The notes below the pieces were generated by a model. The model did not search any database and was not told where the DNA came from. It worked only from the letters and a program-made list of their open reading frames with translations. Shown piece by piece: positions 42,100 through 52,893 of a stretch of DNA of 64,000 nucleotides (its first letter is position 1; each line of letters begins with the position of its first letter). Source of the stretch: Nannocystis pusilla (GTDB taxonomy: Bacteria; Myxococcota_A; Polyangia; Nannocystales; Nannocystaceae); assembly GCF_026626665.1 (NCBI RefSeq), contig NZ_JAPNKE010000002.1, forward strand, positions 1,357,204 through 1,421,203. Direction: 5' to 3'. A program made the position numbers and the translations under genes.

Positions 42100-43152
42100 T
42101 CACGCGGCGGTCGGAGGGTCTCGCCCAGCATGTTCAGACGGACCCGGGCGCGTTGTCGGCCGAGCTCTGCGAGCTCTTCGGCGTAGAAGAAGTCGGGCGC
42201 GCCGAAGGCCGGGCGCAGCTCGCTGATCCAGGCCGCGTCGGGGTCGTACTCGGCGAGGAAGATGCGGCCGACCCACTCGGGGTTGCGGCCCTGGAGCATC
42301 CGCAGCACGAAGTACGGCTTGCCCGCGATCTCCGTCACGCCGTCGACCAGGATCTTGCCGGGCGTCGCCGACATCGACGGGCCGCGGACGCTGCGACACA
42401 GCCCCGACAGCTGGCGGTAGGCGCCTTGATAGATCTGCAGCGCGCGCCAGCGGCACCTTGAAGTACTCCTTCGGCCCCGTGTCGCGCTCGATGAACATGT
42501 AGTAAGGGACAGCGCCGAGCCGCACCTGCGCGCGCCACAGGTCGGCCCACACGGCGGGGTCGTCGTTGACGCGGCGGACCAGCGGGGCCTGGCAGCGGAC
42601 CACCGCGCCGGAGTCGCGCACGCGCTGCAGCGCCGCGACTGCGGCCGGCGTGGCGAGCTCGCGCGGGTGGCTGTAGTGGGCCATCACCGCGACGTGCTTG
42701 CCGGCGGCCTGGATCTCGCCGAACAGGCGCAGCAGGTCGTCGGCGTCCGGATCGGTGAGGAACCGCGCCGGCCAGTAGGCGAGGGCCTTGGTGCCGAAGC
42801 GGATGTGCGCGAGGTTCGGCAGGTCGGCGCGCAGGAGCGGCTCGACGTAGCGCCGCAGCACGCTGGTGCGCATCACCAGCGGGTCGCCGCCGGTGAACAG
42901 GACGTCGGTGACCTCGGGGTGGTTTCGGAGGTACTCGACCAGGGTCTCGGCCTCGCGGGCCGCGAACTTGAGGTCTTCGAGGCCGACGAACTGGGCCCAG
43001 CGGAAGCAGTAGGTGCAGTACGCGTGGCAGGTCTGGCCCTGCGCCGGGAAGAACAGCACCGTCTGGCGGTACTTGTGCTGCAGGCCGCGCTGCACGGCGC
43101 CGGCCTCGATCGGCACGTTGAGGTCGATCTGGCCGGCGGGGTGCGGATTCAT
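42100..43152 (-). CDS. KamA-family radical SAM protein (lysine 2,3-aminomutase / EpmB-like); frameshift near 42450; 3' end uncertain
   Basis: CHAYCTYCFRW (CxxxCxxC); ...VPYYMFIERDTGPKEYF. Continuation in another frame: RGPSMSATPGKILVDGVTEIAGKPYFVL... Confidence 0.55.
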   Translation of the reverse strand: MNPHPAGQIDLNVPIEAGAVQRGLQHKYRQTVLFFPAQGQTCHAYCTYCFRWAQFVGLEDLKFAAREAETLVEYLRNHPEVTDVLFTGGDPLVMRTSVLRRYVEPLLRADLPNLAHIRFGTKALAYWPARFLTDPDADDLLRLFGEIQAAGKHVAVMAHYSHPRELATPAAVAALQRVRDSGAVVRCQAPLVRRVNDDPAVWADLWRAQVRLGAVPYYMFIERDTGPKEYFKVPLARAADLSRRLPPAVGAVSQRPRPVDVGDARQDPGRRRDGDRGQAVLRAADAPGPQPRVGRPHLPRRVRPRRGLDQRAAPGLRRARLLLRRRARRARPTTRPGPSEHAGRDPPTAA

Positions 43153-43896
43153 CGCCGCTGGATCGCCCGCGCCCGCGCCTGCAGCTCGGCCTCGCTGCCG
43201 CGGCGCACGAGGTCGACCAGCGCGCTCAGATCGGCGTCGCCCAGCATCTCCGGCTGAGGAATCGTCAATTGATAGATAGGGTCGTCGGGCGCGCGCGACC
43301 AATCGATCAGGTGCTCCAGCACGTAGGCGTTGACGCGGAACGGCAGGACCTGCGCGACCGCTCGCAGCCGCAGCCGCGCGTCGGCCGACAGGGCCGCCAA
43401 TTGAGGGATTGCATCGATGTCACGGGCGGTGAACGCCCGGTACGCACCTGATTTCAACGCGCCGTCCGGCATCCGACTCCACTCTCCATTGCGAGCGCCC
43501 GGGCGCCGAGGGCGCCGGACGAGTGAGTGTCTCTTGGGACAGGCGCGTTCGACCTCGGCGGAACACGACGCAAGCAGGCCGCGCTCGTCCGACGCCGGGC
43601 CACGCCCGCCGCGGGGATGATTGAGCCCCAACTTAACACGCAATCGAGGCTCACCGCAAGGCGAAATCGTCGTCGTCGACGCGTAATCGTATTGGCGAAC
43701 CGAGGTTCGCAGGACGTCGATTCGTCGATTACATCATCGTAACGACTTCAGGCGCCGGCGCGCGAATCGTGCGCGTGTTCTTCGGGACATGTCACGAGGG
43801 ACAGCACGGTTGCCGCGGCCGCGGGAGCGCGGTATACCGGCGGCCTGTGCGGGGCGGGGCCGATGCGGCCGCGCCTCGACGGAGGGAGAACGAAGC

Positions 43897-45522
43897 ATGT
43901 GTGGAATCCTCGCGGTCTTCGGGGCCGTCGACGACGCGCTCCTCTCGCAGGCGGTGGCCGCGAGCGAGCGCCTCAGCCACCGCGGCCCGGACGGCCACGG
44001 CGTGCATTATCTGCGGGGCAGGGGCGCGCTGATCCACCGGCGGCTGGCGATCATGGACCCGGCGTCGGGTCGACAGCCGCTGTTCGGCCGCGACGGCGGC
44101 GCGCTCGTCCACAACGGCGAGATTTACAACCACGCGGCGCTGCGGGCCGGGCTGCAGGCGGCGGGGCGGGTGTTCCGCAGCGGCTCCGACAGCGAGGTGC
44201 TGGTCCACCTCTACGAGGCCCGCGGCGACGCGTTCGTCGCCGAGCTCGACGGCGTGTTCGCGCTCGCGGCCATGCGCGACGACGACTGGGTGGTGGCGCG
44301 CGACCCGATCGGGGTAAAGCCGCTCTACTACGGCCGCGACCTCGCCGGCAACCTGTGGTTCTCCTCCGAGCTCAAGGTGCTGGTCGACCGCTGCGCGTGG
44401 TTCAAGGTGTTCCCGCCCGGGCACATCTACACCGGCCGGGGCGGGCTGCGCCGCTGGTATGAAAGGACATGGCTCGAAGGACAGGAGGATTTCCGCCGCG
44501 ACGCCGCCGGGCTGCGCGAGCGCTTCGAGGCCGCGGTCGACAAGCGGCTGATGAGCGACGTGCCGCTCGGCGTGCTGCTGTCGGGCGGGCTCGACTCGAG
44601 CCTGGTGGCGGCGCTGGCGGCCCGGCTGGCGCGGCGGCGCGACCCGGGCGCCACGCTGCAGTCGTTCGCGATCGGCGTCGACGGCGACTCGCCCGACCTG
44701 CGGGCGGCGCGAGAGGTCGCGGCGTTCATCGGCACCGAGCACCACGAGGTCCGGCTCGACCTCGACGACGGCGTCGAGGCGCTGCGCGCCATCATCTGGC
44801 ACACCGAGTCGTACGACATCCCGACGGTGCGCGCGAGCGTGCCGATGTACCGCCTGAGCCGCTACATCCGCGACCAGGGGGTCAAGGTCGTGCTCTCGGG
44901 CGAGGGCTCCGACGAGGTGTTCGGCGGCTACCTCTACTTCTACTTCGCCGAGGGCGAGGACGCGTTTCAGCGCGAGACGGTCGAGCGGGTCAAGAACCTC
45001 CACTTCAGCGACGTCCTGCGCGCCGACAAGAGCACGATGGCGCACGGGGTCGAGGCGCGGGTCCCGTTCCTCGACCTCGCGTTCCTCGATCTGGCGATGA
45101 CGATCGACCCGGCGCTGAAGCGCCCGCTGGCGCCCGGCGCCGGCCGCGAGGGGCGGATGGAGAAGGCGCTGCTGCGCGCGGCGTTCGCCGATCCCGCCGA
45201 TCCGCTGCTGCCGCCGGCGGTGCTGTGGCGGCAGAAGGAGCAGTTCTCCGACGGCGTCGGCTACGGCTGGGTCGAGCGGCTCAAGGCCCACGCGGAGGCG
45301 ACCGTGTCCGACCTGGAGATGGCCGAGGCCGGCGAGCGGTTCCCGCACGAGACGCCGACCACCAAGGAGGGCTACCTGTACCGCGCGCTGTTCTCGACGC
45401 TGTTTCCCGGCGACCACGCGGCCCGCTGTGTGCGACGATGGGTGCCGCGCTGGCAGGCCGACGCCGACAGCTCGGGGCGGGCCAACCCGCTTCACGCCAG
45501 CGCTGTCCGAAAGGCCAGGTGA
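43897..45522 (+). CDS. asnB: Asparagine synthase (glutamine-hydrolysing)
   Basis: MCGILAVFG N-terminal Cys. SGGLDSS PP-loop. The overall pattern matches AsnB. Confidence 0.85.
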   Translation: MCGILAVFGAVDDALLSQAVAASERLSHRGPDGHGVHYLRGRGALIHRRLAIMDPASGRQPLFGRDGGALVHNGEIYNHAALRAGLQAAGRVFRSGSDSEVLVHLYEARGDAFVAELDGVFALAAMRDDDWVVARDPIGVKPLYYGRDLAGNLWFSSELKVLVDRCAWFKVFPPGHIYTGRGGLRRWYERTWLEGQEDFRRDAAGLRERFEAAVDKRLMSDVPLGVLLSGGLDSSLVAALAARLARRRDPGATLQSFAIGVDGDSPDLRAAREVAAFIGTEHHEVRLDLDDGVEALRAIIWHTESYDIPTVRASVPMYRLSRYIRDQGVKVVLSGEGSDEVFGGYLYFYFAEGEDAFQRETVERVKNLHFSDVLRADKSTMAHGVEARVPFLDLAFLDLAMTIDPALKRPLAPGAGREGRMEKALLRAAFADPADPLLPPAVLWRQKEQFSDGVGYGWVERLKAHAEATVSDLEMAEAGERFPHETPTTKEGYLYRALFSTLFPGDHAARCVRRWVPRWQADADSSGRANPLHASAVRKAR

Positions 45523-45525
45523 ATC

Positions 45526-46797
45526 GTGCAAGGACGTCCCAGCCTCAACCTCCAGGTCCGCGGCCTCTCGCCGTCGGCCACGGTGTCGATCAACGAGCGC
45601 AGCAACGACCTGATGGCCGCCGGCCGCGAGGTGTTCAAGCTCGGCCTCGGCCAGTCGCCGTTCCCCGTGCCCGACAGCGTGATCGAGGCGCTGCGGGCCC
45701 ACGCGGCGCGCAAGGAGTACATGCCGGTGCGCGGGCTGCCGGCCCTGCGCGACGCGGTCGCCGCCTATCACCAGCGCAGCGTCGGCGGCGAGCGCGAGTA
45801 CAGCGGCGAGCACGTGCTGGTCGGTCCGGGCAGCAAGGAGCTGATGTTCATCACCCAGCTGGCGTTCTACGGCGACCTCGTGCTGCCGTCGCCGGCGTGG
45901 GTGTCGTACTCGCCGCAGGCGCGGATCATCGGCCGACAGGTGGTGTGGCTGCCGACGCGCGCGGAGGACGGGTGGAAGCTGCGGCCCGCCGACATCGACG
46001 CGCTGTGCCGCCGCGACTCGGGGCGCCCGCGGGTGCTCATCCTCAACTACCCGTCGAACCCGACCGGCCAGACCTACGAGGCCGACGAGCTGGCGGCGCT
46101 GGCCGAGGTCCTGCGCGCCCACGAGGTCCTGGTGGTGTCCGACGAGATCTACGGCGAGCTCCACCACGACGGCGCGCACACGTCGATCGCCCGCTTCTAC
46201 CCCGAGGGCACGATCATCAGCTCGGGCCTCAGCAAGTGGTGCGGGGCCGGCGGCTGGCGGCTCGGCACGTTCCTGTTCCCGCGCGAGCTCGAGTGGCTGC
46301 AGCGGGCGATGATCGCGGTCGCCAGCGAGACGTACACGTCGACCAGCGCGCCGATCCAGTGCGCCGCGGTGACCGCGTTCGCGTTCGGGCGCGACATCGC
46401 CGCCTACGTGGCCCACGAGCAGGCGATCCTGAAGGCGCTCGGCGCGTGGTGTCACCAGCACCTGAGCGCCGGCGGCATCGCCTGCGCGGCGCCCCGCGGC
46501 GGGTTCTACCTGTTCCCGGAGTTCCACGGCCGCGCGGAGGCGCTGCGGCGGCGCGGCATCACCAGCGGGGAGGTGCTGTGCGAGCGCCTGCTCGAAGAGA
46601 CAGGTGTTGCCATTCTCCCGGGCAGCGACTTCGGCCGGCCCGCGGGGGACCTCACCGCGCGGCTCGCCTACGTCGACTTCGACGGCGCCGCGGCGCTCGC
46701 GGCCCACACCGGCCAGGCGATCGACGAGGCGTGGCTGCGGCGCTACATGCCGCGCGTGCTGACGGCGATCGAGCGCATCGTCGCGTTCGTCGCCTGA
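45526..46797 (+). CDS. PLP-dependent aminotransferase, class I/II
   Basis: LNYPSNPTGQ; SGLSKWCGAGGWRLG (PLP-Lys region). GTG start 4 nt after the asnB stop. Confidence 0.8.
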   Translation: MQGRPSLNLQVRGLSPSATVSINERSNDLMAAGREVFKLGLGQSPFPVPDSVIEALRAHAARKEYMPVRGLPALRDAVAAYHQRSVGGEREYSGEHVLVGPGSKELMFITQLAFYGDLVLPSPAWVSYSPQARIIGRQVVWLPTRAEDGWKLRPADIDALCRRDSGRPRVLILNYPSNPTGQTYEADELAALAEVLRAHEVLVVSDEIYGELHHDGAHTSIARFYPEGTIISSGLSKWCGAGGWRLGTFLFPRELEWLQRAMIAVASETYTSTSAPIQCAAVTAFAFGRDIAAYVAHEQAILKALGAWCHQHLSAGGIACAAPRGGFYLFPEFHGRAEALRRRGITSGEVLCERLLEETGVAILPGSDFGRPAGDLTARLAYVDFDGAAALAAHTGQAIDEAWLRRYMPRVLTAIERIVAFVA

Positions 46798-47269
46798 GGC
46801 GGCGAAGCTCGCCCCGTGGTACCCCGCGGAGGCAGGTGCGGGTAGCCGCGACGACGCGGGCGACGCGGCCCGCCGGTGAGCGCCGGCGGGGGCGCCGAGC
46901 ACGAGCGTGGTGACGCGGCCGGCGAGGAGCGAGCCGGACAGGTCGTCACGCGCGAGCGCACGCCCGCAGCGGCGGCGGCACTCCAGTCATCGCTTTTGCG
47001 AGCGGCCCCGACGTTGCGCACCGAGCCTGTCGTCGGACTCGCGAGCGAGGGACCACGCGGCCCGCCCGGCCGGAGCAGCGCGTTTGCAAGGACCGCGAGG
47101 TCGCGGCGGACCCGCCCGCGGCGACGGCCTCGGCCGCGAGGGCGGCAGGCTCGACCGGCCGATCGACGATTCTCGCCGGTCCAGGTGCGATGATTCGCGG
47201 GCCCGGTCGATTCGTTGCAGCACCAACGGATCGCGCTACGCTCCGGTCGGTCTTGCGGAGGAGAAAACC

Positions 47270-47530
47270 ATGGAGTTCATCTGGACATTGATCGTGGGCC
47301 TGATCGCGGGCGCGCTCGCCAAGCTGGTCATGCCGGGTAAGGATGCAGGCGGTATCGTCGCCACCATGCTCCTCGGCATCGCCGGCTCGTTCGTCGCCGC
47401 CTTCCTGGGGCGCGCGCTCGGCTGGTACTCGCACGTCAACGAGGGCCCGGGCATCATCGCCTCGATCGTCGGTGCGCTGATCCTGCTCGGCATCTACCGC
47501 CTCGCCGTCGGCCGCGGCATCCGCGGCTGA
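47270..47530 (+). CDS. GlsB/YeaQ/YmgE-family stress membrane protein
   Basis: MEFIWTLIVGLIAGALAKLVMPG...; GGAGAAAACC RBS upstream. Confidence 0.75.
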   Translation: MEFIWTLIVGLIAGALAKLVMPGKDAGGIVATMLLGIAGSFVAAFLGRALGWYSHVNEGPGIIASIVGALILLGIYRLAVGRGIRG

Positions 47531-47589
47531 CCCCGGGCCTGCATCGCGCAGGCCGCTGAGTTCGCCGCCGGCGGGCGGACGCCCGGCTC

Positions 47590-49399
47590 TCATCGTGTGA
47601 GTAGTTCGTCGAGGGCCAGCATCCACTCGCCGGCGGGCGTCACCACCCACGCGCCCGCGGTCAGGCGGGCGCGCACGGCCGCCGCGGCTTCGACCGGCAG
47701 GGCGTCGACGATCGCCATCGGGGCGAGCTGAGCGTATGGGACATCGTCGGCCAACCGACGACAGCCCTCTGGCCACGCGGCCAGGGCGACCCGTCGACCC
47801 TGCCGGTCGAGGACCGGCTGCAGGCCCGGCACGTCGGCCGCGAGCAGCGCGTCGAGGGCGATGTCGTCCCAGGCGGCCGCCGCCTCGACGACGACGCCGT
47901 GGCCGGGCAGGCCTGAATCATCGGACATGACCCCAGGTTCCTGTCCCATGGGCTCTGTGCTCATGGACAGGTCCCGAAGGTCAGCCACGCGCCGGCGCAT
48001 GCGCGCGAGCAGGGCGGTCGCGTCCGGGCGGCGCGCGGGGTCGGGGTCGAGGGCGTCCTCGACGACCGCGCGGGCCTCGGGCGCGCTGCCGCCGAGGTTG
48101 CCGGCGACGAGCGCGACCAGCAGCGCGGCGGCGCCGTAGACGTCGCTGGCGGCGGTGGGGCCCGCCGGCGCGGACCTCGGGCGCGGTGATCGTGAGCAGC
48201 TCCTCGAGCGCGCCGGTGCGGGTGGCGATGAGCCCGGCGATCGCGTCGGCGCCGAACGGGCCGAGCAGCGGGCGCCCGGCGGCGTCGCACACGAGCTGGG
48301 CCGGCAGCAGCGAGCCGTGGACCAGGCCGCGCGCGTGGGCGGCGGCCAGGCCCTCGAGCAAAAAGGCGATCAGGGCCCGGGCCCGCGGCAGCGGCATGCC
48401 GGGCGGACGGATGAGCGCCCGCAGGTTGTTGCCGGCCTCCCAGGGCAGGATGAGGATGCCGGCGCGGGCGTCGAACTGGACGATGCCGCGGATCGCCGGG
48501 TGCTCCAACGCGGCGGCGGCGAGGGCCCGGCGGTGGAACGCCTCGAGCGCGTCCTGGACCGCGGGGTCGCCGGCGCCGCTCTCCTGCAGCTCGGCGAGGA
48601 GGAGGTGGATCTCGACCTCGGCGAGGGTGACGCGGTCGATGCCCTCGTAGGCCGCGCCGGAGAAGCTGGCCGGCAGCGAGGCGCGGACGAGGAAGCGCGC
48701 CGGCACCGGGGCGCCCTCGGGGGCCTCGCCGCGGCCTTGCAGGACGATCTGGGCCGCGAGGTCGTGGCCCAGGGCCCCGAGGCCGCGGGCCAGGAGGCGG
48801 CTCAAGGCGGCGCGGTCGGCCCCGCCGGCGCGGATGGCCGCCTGGGCCCGTCGCACCGCGGCCTCGGCGTCGCCGAGCTCCCACGACAGCTCGGCGGCGA
48901 GCTGCAAGGTCGGGCCGTGGCGCTCGGGCAGCGGCTCCAGCAGCGCCAGGGCCTCGCGCACGCGGTCGGCCTCGGCCAGCACGCGCGCGGCCCCGAGTCT
49001 GTCGCCGGCGCGCACGAGGGCGCGGGCGCGGGCCTCGGGGTCGTGGTCGCCGAGCGCCAAGATCCGGGCCGCGTCGGCGTGCCGACCCTTGCGCTGCAGC
49101 AGGGCGGCGGCCTGCTGGCGGGTGTCGGCGTCGGCGGCGGCGAACACCGCGATGATGCGGTCGACGACGTCGGGCCGGCCGAGCTCGATCGCCGCGCGCA
49201 GGGCGTCGAGCGGGCGGCCGGCGCGGGCGTAGTGCTCGCAGGCGCCGGCGAACTCCCAGATCTGCTCGAGCACCCAGCCGGCCGCGGCGTGCCGGCCCGC
49301 CAGCGCGAGCGCGTGGGCGAGGGCCTCGTGCCGCCCCTGGGCGAGCATGCGCTGCTCGTCGTCGGTCAGCGGCTCGGGCGGGGCCGGGACGGCCGCCAA
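47590..49399 (-). CDS. TPR-like N-terminus plus protein-kinase-like domain that is probably a pseudokinase (HGSLLPAQL in place of HRDLKPxN); frameshift near 48160
   Basis: ORF 47981..49399 (…LAAAHARGLVHGSLLPAQLVCDAAGRPLLGPFG…TAPEVRAGGP) continues in the frame of ORF 47590..48000 (TAASDVYGAAALLVALVAG…MRRRVADL…). Confidence 0.5.
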
Positions 49400-49400
49400 C

Positions 49401-50846
49401 TCAGTGCTCCTCCGCGAACAGGTCGCGCGCGAGCTCGCGGTAGAACTCGAGGTGGTCGAACTTGACGTCGGTGACGCCGAGCAGCTGCCCGACCTCGTCG
49501 ATGTGGTCGGCGATCATCTCGCCGCGGTAGTCGCCCCACTGGGCGCTCTCGACGGTGACGAGGCCGTCGTTGTCGCCGCGCGCGAGCTGCAGCACGGTGT
49601 AGCCGAGGCTGATCAGCGGGTCGACCAGGTCCTGGCAGTGATTGCCGGGGATGAGGAAGCCGGCGGCGTCGCAGGTGCGGCCGGTGTAGCTGATGTACTT
49701 CACGCGCGGGTCGTCGGGGTTCGAGGGGTTGAACTCGTCCTGCATGTAGTGCTCGCTGAGCGAGTAGAACGAGGCCTCGGCGTCGGACTTCTGCTGGGCC
49801 GAGACGGCGCCGACGAAGTTGAGGAGGAAGCCGAGCGCGGCCTCGACTCCGCCCGGCGCGAGGCCGAGGGCGAGGTCGGTGATGTACGTGCCGCGGTGCG
49901 GGCTGGCGATCGTGACGACCGCGGAGACGCGGTCGCCGTAGCCGTGGCTGGCGACCACGGCCCGCGAGTCGATGCCGCCCTGGCTGTGGCCGAGCAGGTC
50001 GAGCTTGCGCGCGCGCTGGGCCACCAGGAACTCGTCGAGCTGCTCGGCGAGCTGGCCCGAGCGCACGGTGGTGCTGTTGTACGGGTCGAGGACGGCGACC
50101 TCGACCGGGAAGCCGAGCGACTCGAGCTCGGCGGTGACGCCGTAGAAGTAGGTGATGGGGCCTATCGCCTCGAAGCCGGTCCAGCCGTGGACGAGCACGA
50201 TCGGGAAGCGGGTGGTCTCGCGCCCGCAGCCGATCGAGCACACGAACTCGAGGTTGTAGTCGCTCGGCGCGTCGGGGCTGTCCGATCGGACATGCACCGC
50301 GAACTCGCCCGAGCGCGGGACGGCGAAGATGGCCTCGGCCGGGGCCTCGCCGCTGACCAGCGGGGGCGCCAGCGCGGCCTGCCACACCAGCGCGCCCGGC
50401 TCGTCGGGGTAGGCGACGGTGGCCCGCAGCGGGCCGGCGCCGTCGGTGCGGGTGAGGCGGATCTGCCACGAGCTCTCGTCGGGGAAGGCGACGTACCAGC
50501 GGTGCTCGCTGCAGGCCGGCAAGGTCTCGCCCTTCACGTCCTCGCCGACGCCGAGGTAGTCGCGCTCGACCAGCGTCCATTGATTCGGGTCGCAGGCGGG
50601 CTCGCCGGTGGTGGTGGTGCCGGTGGTCTGGCCGTGGCCGCCGCTGCCGTCGTCGCCGGTGCCCGTGCCGGTGGTGGTCGGCGGGGCGTCGGGCGGGCCG
50701 TCCGTGGCGTCGCTGCCGGGGACGTCGGAGTCTGTCCCTTCGGACATCCCCGCGCCGGCGCCGGGGCCCTGGGCGTCGCCGCAGGCGAGGGTCACGAGCG
50801 AGACCGCGAGCGCGGCGGTGAGCGCGGGCGAGCGTAGGGACGACAC
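49401..50846 (-). CDS. Secreted triacylglycerol-lipase-family lipoprotein (alpha/beta hydrolase)
   Basis: Lipobox SLVTLAC; Thr/Gly linker; nucleophile elbow GHSQGG. Its stop is 2 nt from the start of the pseudokinase gene. Confidence 0.7.
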   Translation of the reverse strand: MSSLRSPALTAALAVSLVTLACGDAQGPGAGAGMSEGTDSDVPGSDATDGPPDAPPTTTGTGTGDDGSGGHGQTTGTTTTGEPACDPNQWTLVERDYLGVGEDVKGETLPACSEHRWYVAFPDESSWQIRLTRTDGAGPLRATVAYPDEPGALVWQAALAPPLVSGEAPAEAIFAVPRSGEFAVHVRSDSPDAPSDYNLEFVCSIGCGRETTRFPIVLVHGWTGFEAIGPITYFYGVTAELESLGFPVEVAVLDPYNSTTVRSGQLAEQLDEFLVAQRARKLDLLGHSQGGIDSRAVVASHGYGDRVSAVVTIASPHRGTYITDLALGLAPGGVEAALGFLLNFVGAVSAQQKSDAEASFYSLSEHYMQDEFNPSNPDDPRVKYISYTGRTCDAAGFLIPGNHCQDLVDPLISLGYTVLQLARGDNDGLVTVESAQWGDYRGEMIADHIDEVGQLLGVTDVKFDHLEFYRELARDLFAEEH

Positions 50847-50986
50847 GCGTCGACTGTAGCAGCGAGGGCGCGGGCTCCGGGAGTGCGCGCCGCCGCAATG
50901 TGCGCTGGCGCCGGCCCGGGCGCCCGCCCTTGCGGGGGTTGCTGCGGGGCTTTGCCCGGGGCGGCGCCTGGGCTATAGCCGGGCCC

Positions 50987-51703
50987 ATGACCGCGACGAG
51001 CCGCTCCAAGCTGTTCTCCGGCGCCGCGGAGGCGCTGTTCGACGTGCGCGACGGGGCCCAGGTGGCCGTGGGTGGGTTCGGCCTGTGCGGCAACCCGGAG
51101 GCGTGCATCCAGGCGCTGGCGGCCTCGGGGGCGAAGGACCTCGTGATCGTGTCGAACAACTGCGGCAACCAGGGTCAGGGCCTGGCGGTGCTGCTGCAAC
51201 GAAGGCTGGTGGCGCGGGTGATCTGCAGCTTCGTCGGCGGCAACCCGGATCTGGAGCAGCAGATGCTCTCGGGCCAGGTCCAGGTCGAGCTCAACCCGCA
51301 GGGCACCCTGGCCGAACGCCTGCGCGCCGGCGGGTCGGGCATCCCGGCGTTCTTCACGCCGACCGGGGCCGGCACGGTGGTGTCCGAGGGCAAGGAGGTC
51401 CGTGAGTTCGCCGGTCGCCCGTGCGTGCTCGAGACGGCGCTCCAGCCCGACTTCGCCATCGTCCGCGCCGAGGTCGGCGACCCGCTCGGCAACCTCCGCT
51501 TCTATCGCACGGCCCGCAACTTCAACCCGCTGGCGGCGATGGCGGCGCGGGTCACGATCGCCGAGGTCGACCGCCTCGTCGACGTCGGCGAGCTCGACCC
51601 GGACGATGTCCACCTGCCTGGAATCTTCGTTCAGCGGGTGATCCACGTGCCCGAGCACAAGAACGTGATCGAGTACCGCACGACCCGCCCCCGCGCCGGT
51701 TGA
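50987..51703 (+). CDS. scoA: 3-oxoacid CoA-transferase, subunit A
   Basis: VAVGGFGLCGNPE and ENGxG-like motifs; ~238 aa. No B subunit is adjacent. Confidence 0.8.
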   Translation: MTATSRSKLFSGAAEALFDVRDGAQVAVGGFGLCGNPEACIQALAASGAKDLVIVSNNCGNQGQGLAVLLQRRLVARVICSFVGGNPDLEQQMLSGQVQVELNPQGTLAERLRAGGSGIPAFFTPTGAGTVVSEGKEVREFAGRPCVLETALQPDFAIVRAEVGDPLGNLRFYRTARNFNPLAAMAARVTIAEVDRLVDVGELDPDDVHLPGIFVQRVIHVPEHKNVIEYRTTRPRAG

Positions 51704-51846
51704 CCGGCGGCCGCGGCGCTGGCCCCAGGCCCGCAGCAGGCCCCGCAGGCCCGCTCGGCGGGGCGTCCGCGCGCCTTCGCCGGTTTTTGTCAATTTTGCG
51801 AGATCGCGGCTAGCCTCACCGGGCCGGAAGGATAGGCGAGGGTCAC

Positions 51847-52440
51847 ATGACGGAGGACATGCTCGAAGACATCGAGGTCGAATCGACCATCCCGCGCGCC
51901 CTGGTGATCCTGGCCGAAGGGGCAGAGGAAGCCGAGGCCGTGATCGTGGTCGACATCCTCCGCCGCGGCGGGATCGACGTGGTGTTCGCGGGGCTCAACG
52001 GCGACAGCCCGGTCCTGTGCGGCCGCAAGATGAAGCTCATCCCCGACATCGCGCTGTCGGCGGTGACCGGCCACTTCCAGGCGATCGTGCTGCCGGGCGG
52101 GGCCGAAGGCGCCCGCCGCCTCGGCAGCTCCGAGGCGGTCGGCGAGCGCCTCCGCCACGCTGTCACCGACGGCCTGGTCGTCGGGGCCATCTGCGCGGCC
52201 CCGCTGGCCCTCTTGGCCCACCAGGTGTTCGCCGGCAAGGCGATGACCTGCCACCCCAGCGTGGCCTCGCGGATCGCGATGTACGGCAAGCTGGTCCAAA
52301 AGCCAGTCGTCGAGGACGGCCAGCTCGTCACGAGCCAGGGCCTCGGCACGGCGATCATGTTCGGGCTGACGCTGGTCCGCAGGATCATGGGCGACGTCCG
52401 CGCGGCGGACGTCGAGCGCGGCCTCACGCTGCCGCGCTGA
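51847..52440 (+). CDS. DJ-1/PfpI-family protein
   Basis: ALVILAEGAEEAEAVIVVDILRRGG...ICAAPLAL (nucleophile Cys elbow). Confidence 0.8.
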   Translation: MTEDMLEDIEVESTIPRALVILAEGAEEAEAVIVVDILRRGGIDVVFAGLNGDSPVLCGRKMKLIPDIALSAVTGHFQAIVLPGGAEGARRLGSSEAVGERLRHAVTDGLVVGAICAAPLALLAHQVFAGKAMTCHPSVASRIAMYGKLVQKPVVEDGQLVTSQGLGTAIMFGLTLVRRIMGDVRAADVERGLTLPR

Positions 52441-52466
52441 GGTCCGCGGACGCTGCGAGCGTAGCG

Positions 52467-52889
52467 ATGCGCACCAGGCAGCAGCGGCTCGCCGACTTCG
52501 CCGAGCGCGTGCAGATGGATGAGGATGCACCGGCTTGGCCCGGGCTGGGTCGTTGCGTGACGGTGCATCCGATGGCTGACGAGGCGGCTCTGCTCGCGCG
52601 GCTGGGGCTCGCTCCCGCTGCGTGCGTGGCGGTGGATCTGTACTGGGAGTACGCGGGCGACGTCGCGTTCGTGCAGCTCGCGACGACGCGGTACTGGCCG
52701 GATCGGCCGCCCGGGTTCTATGCCCGCAGGTCGGCGGCGGGTCACGTCAACCTGGTGGCGATCGTCCCCGACGACGTGGTGAGCTCTGCGACGGTCGAGC
52801 GAGCGCTGCGGCGGTTCGCAGCGGTGAAGATCGTCAGGTCGCGTCTCGGCGATGCGCTGGCGCCGTTGCCGGCATTGGCCGACGAATGA
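52467..52889 (+). CDS. Hypothetical protein (141 aa)
   Basis: ATG 27 nt after the DJ-1 stop; coding-like composition. Confidence 0.45.
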   Translation: MRTRQQRLADFAERVQMDEDAPAWPGLGRCVTVHPMADEAALLARLGLAPAACVAVDLYWEYAGDVAFVQLATTRYWPDRPPGFYARRSAAGHVNLVAIVPDDVVSSATVERALRRFAAVKIVRSRLGDALAPLPALADE

Positions 52890-52893
52890 GGGA

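Noticed and set aside
40491-42374. 627-aa minus-strand ORF 40491..42374
   Set aside because: Only its first ~100 codons (42075-42374) look real, as the KamA C-terminal continuation. The remainder is antisense to the GMC oxidoreductase gene.
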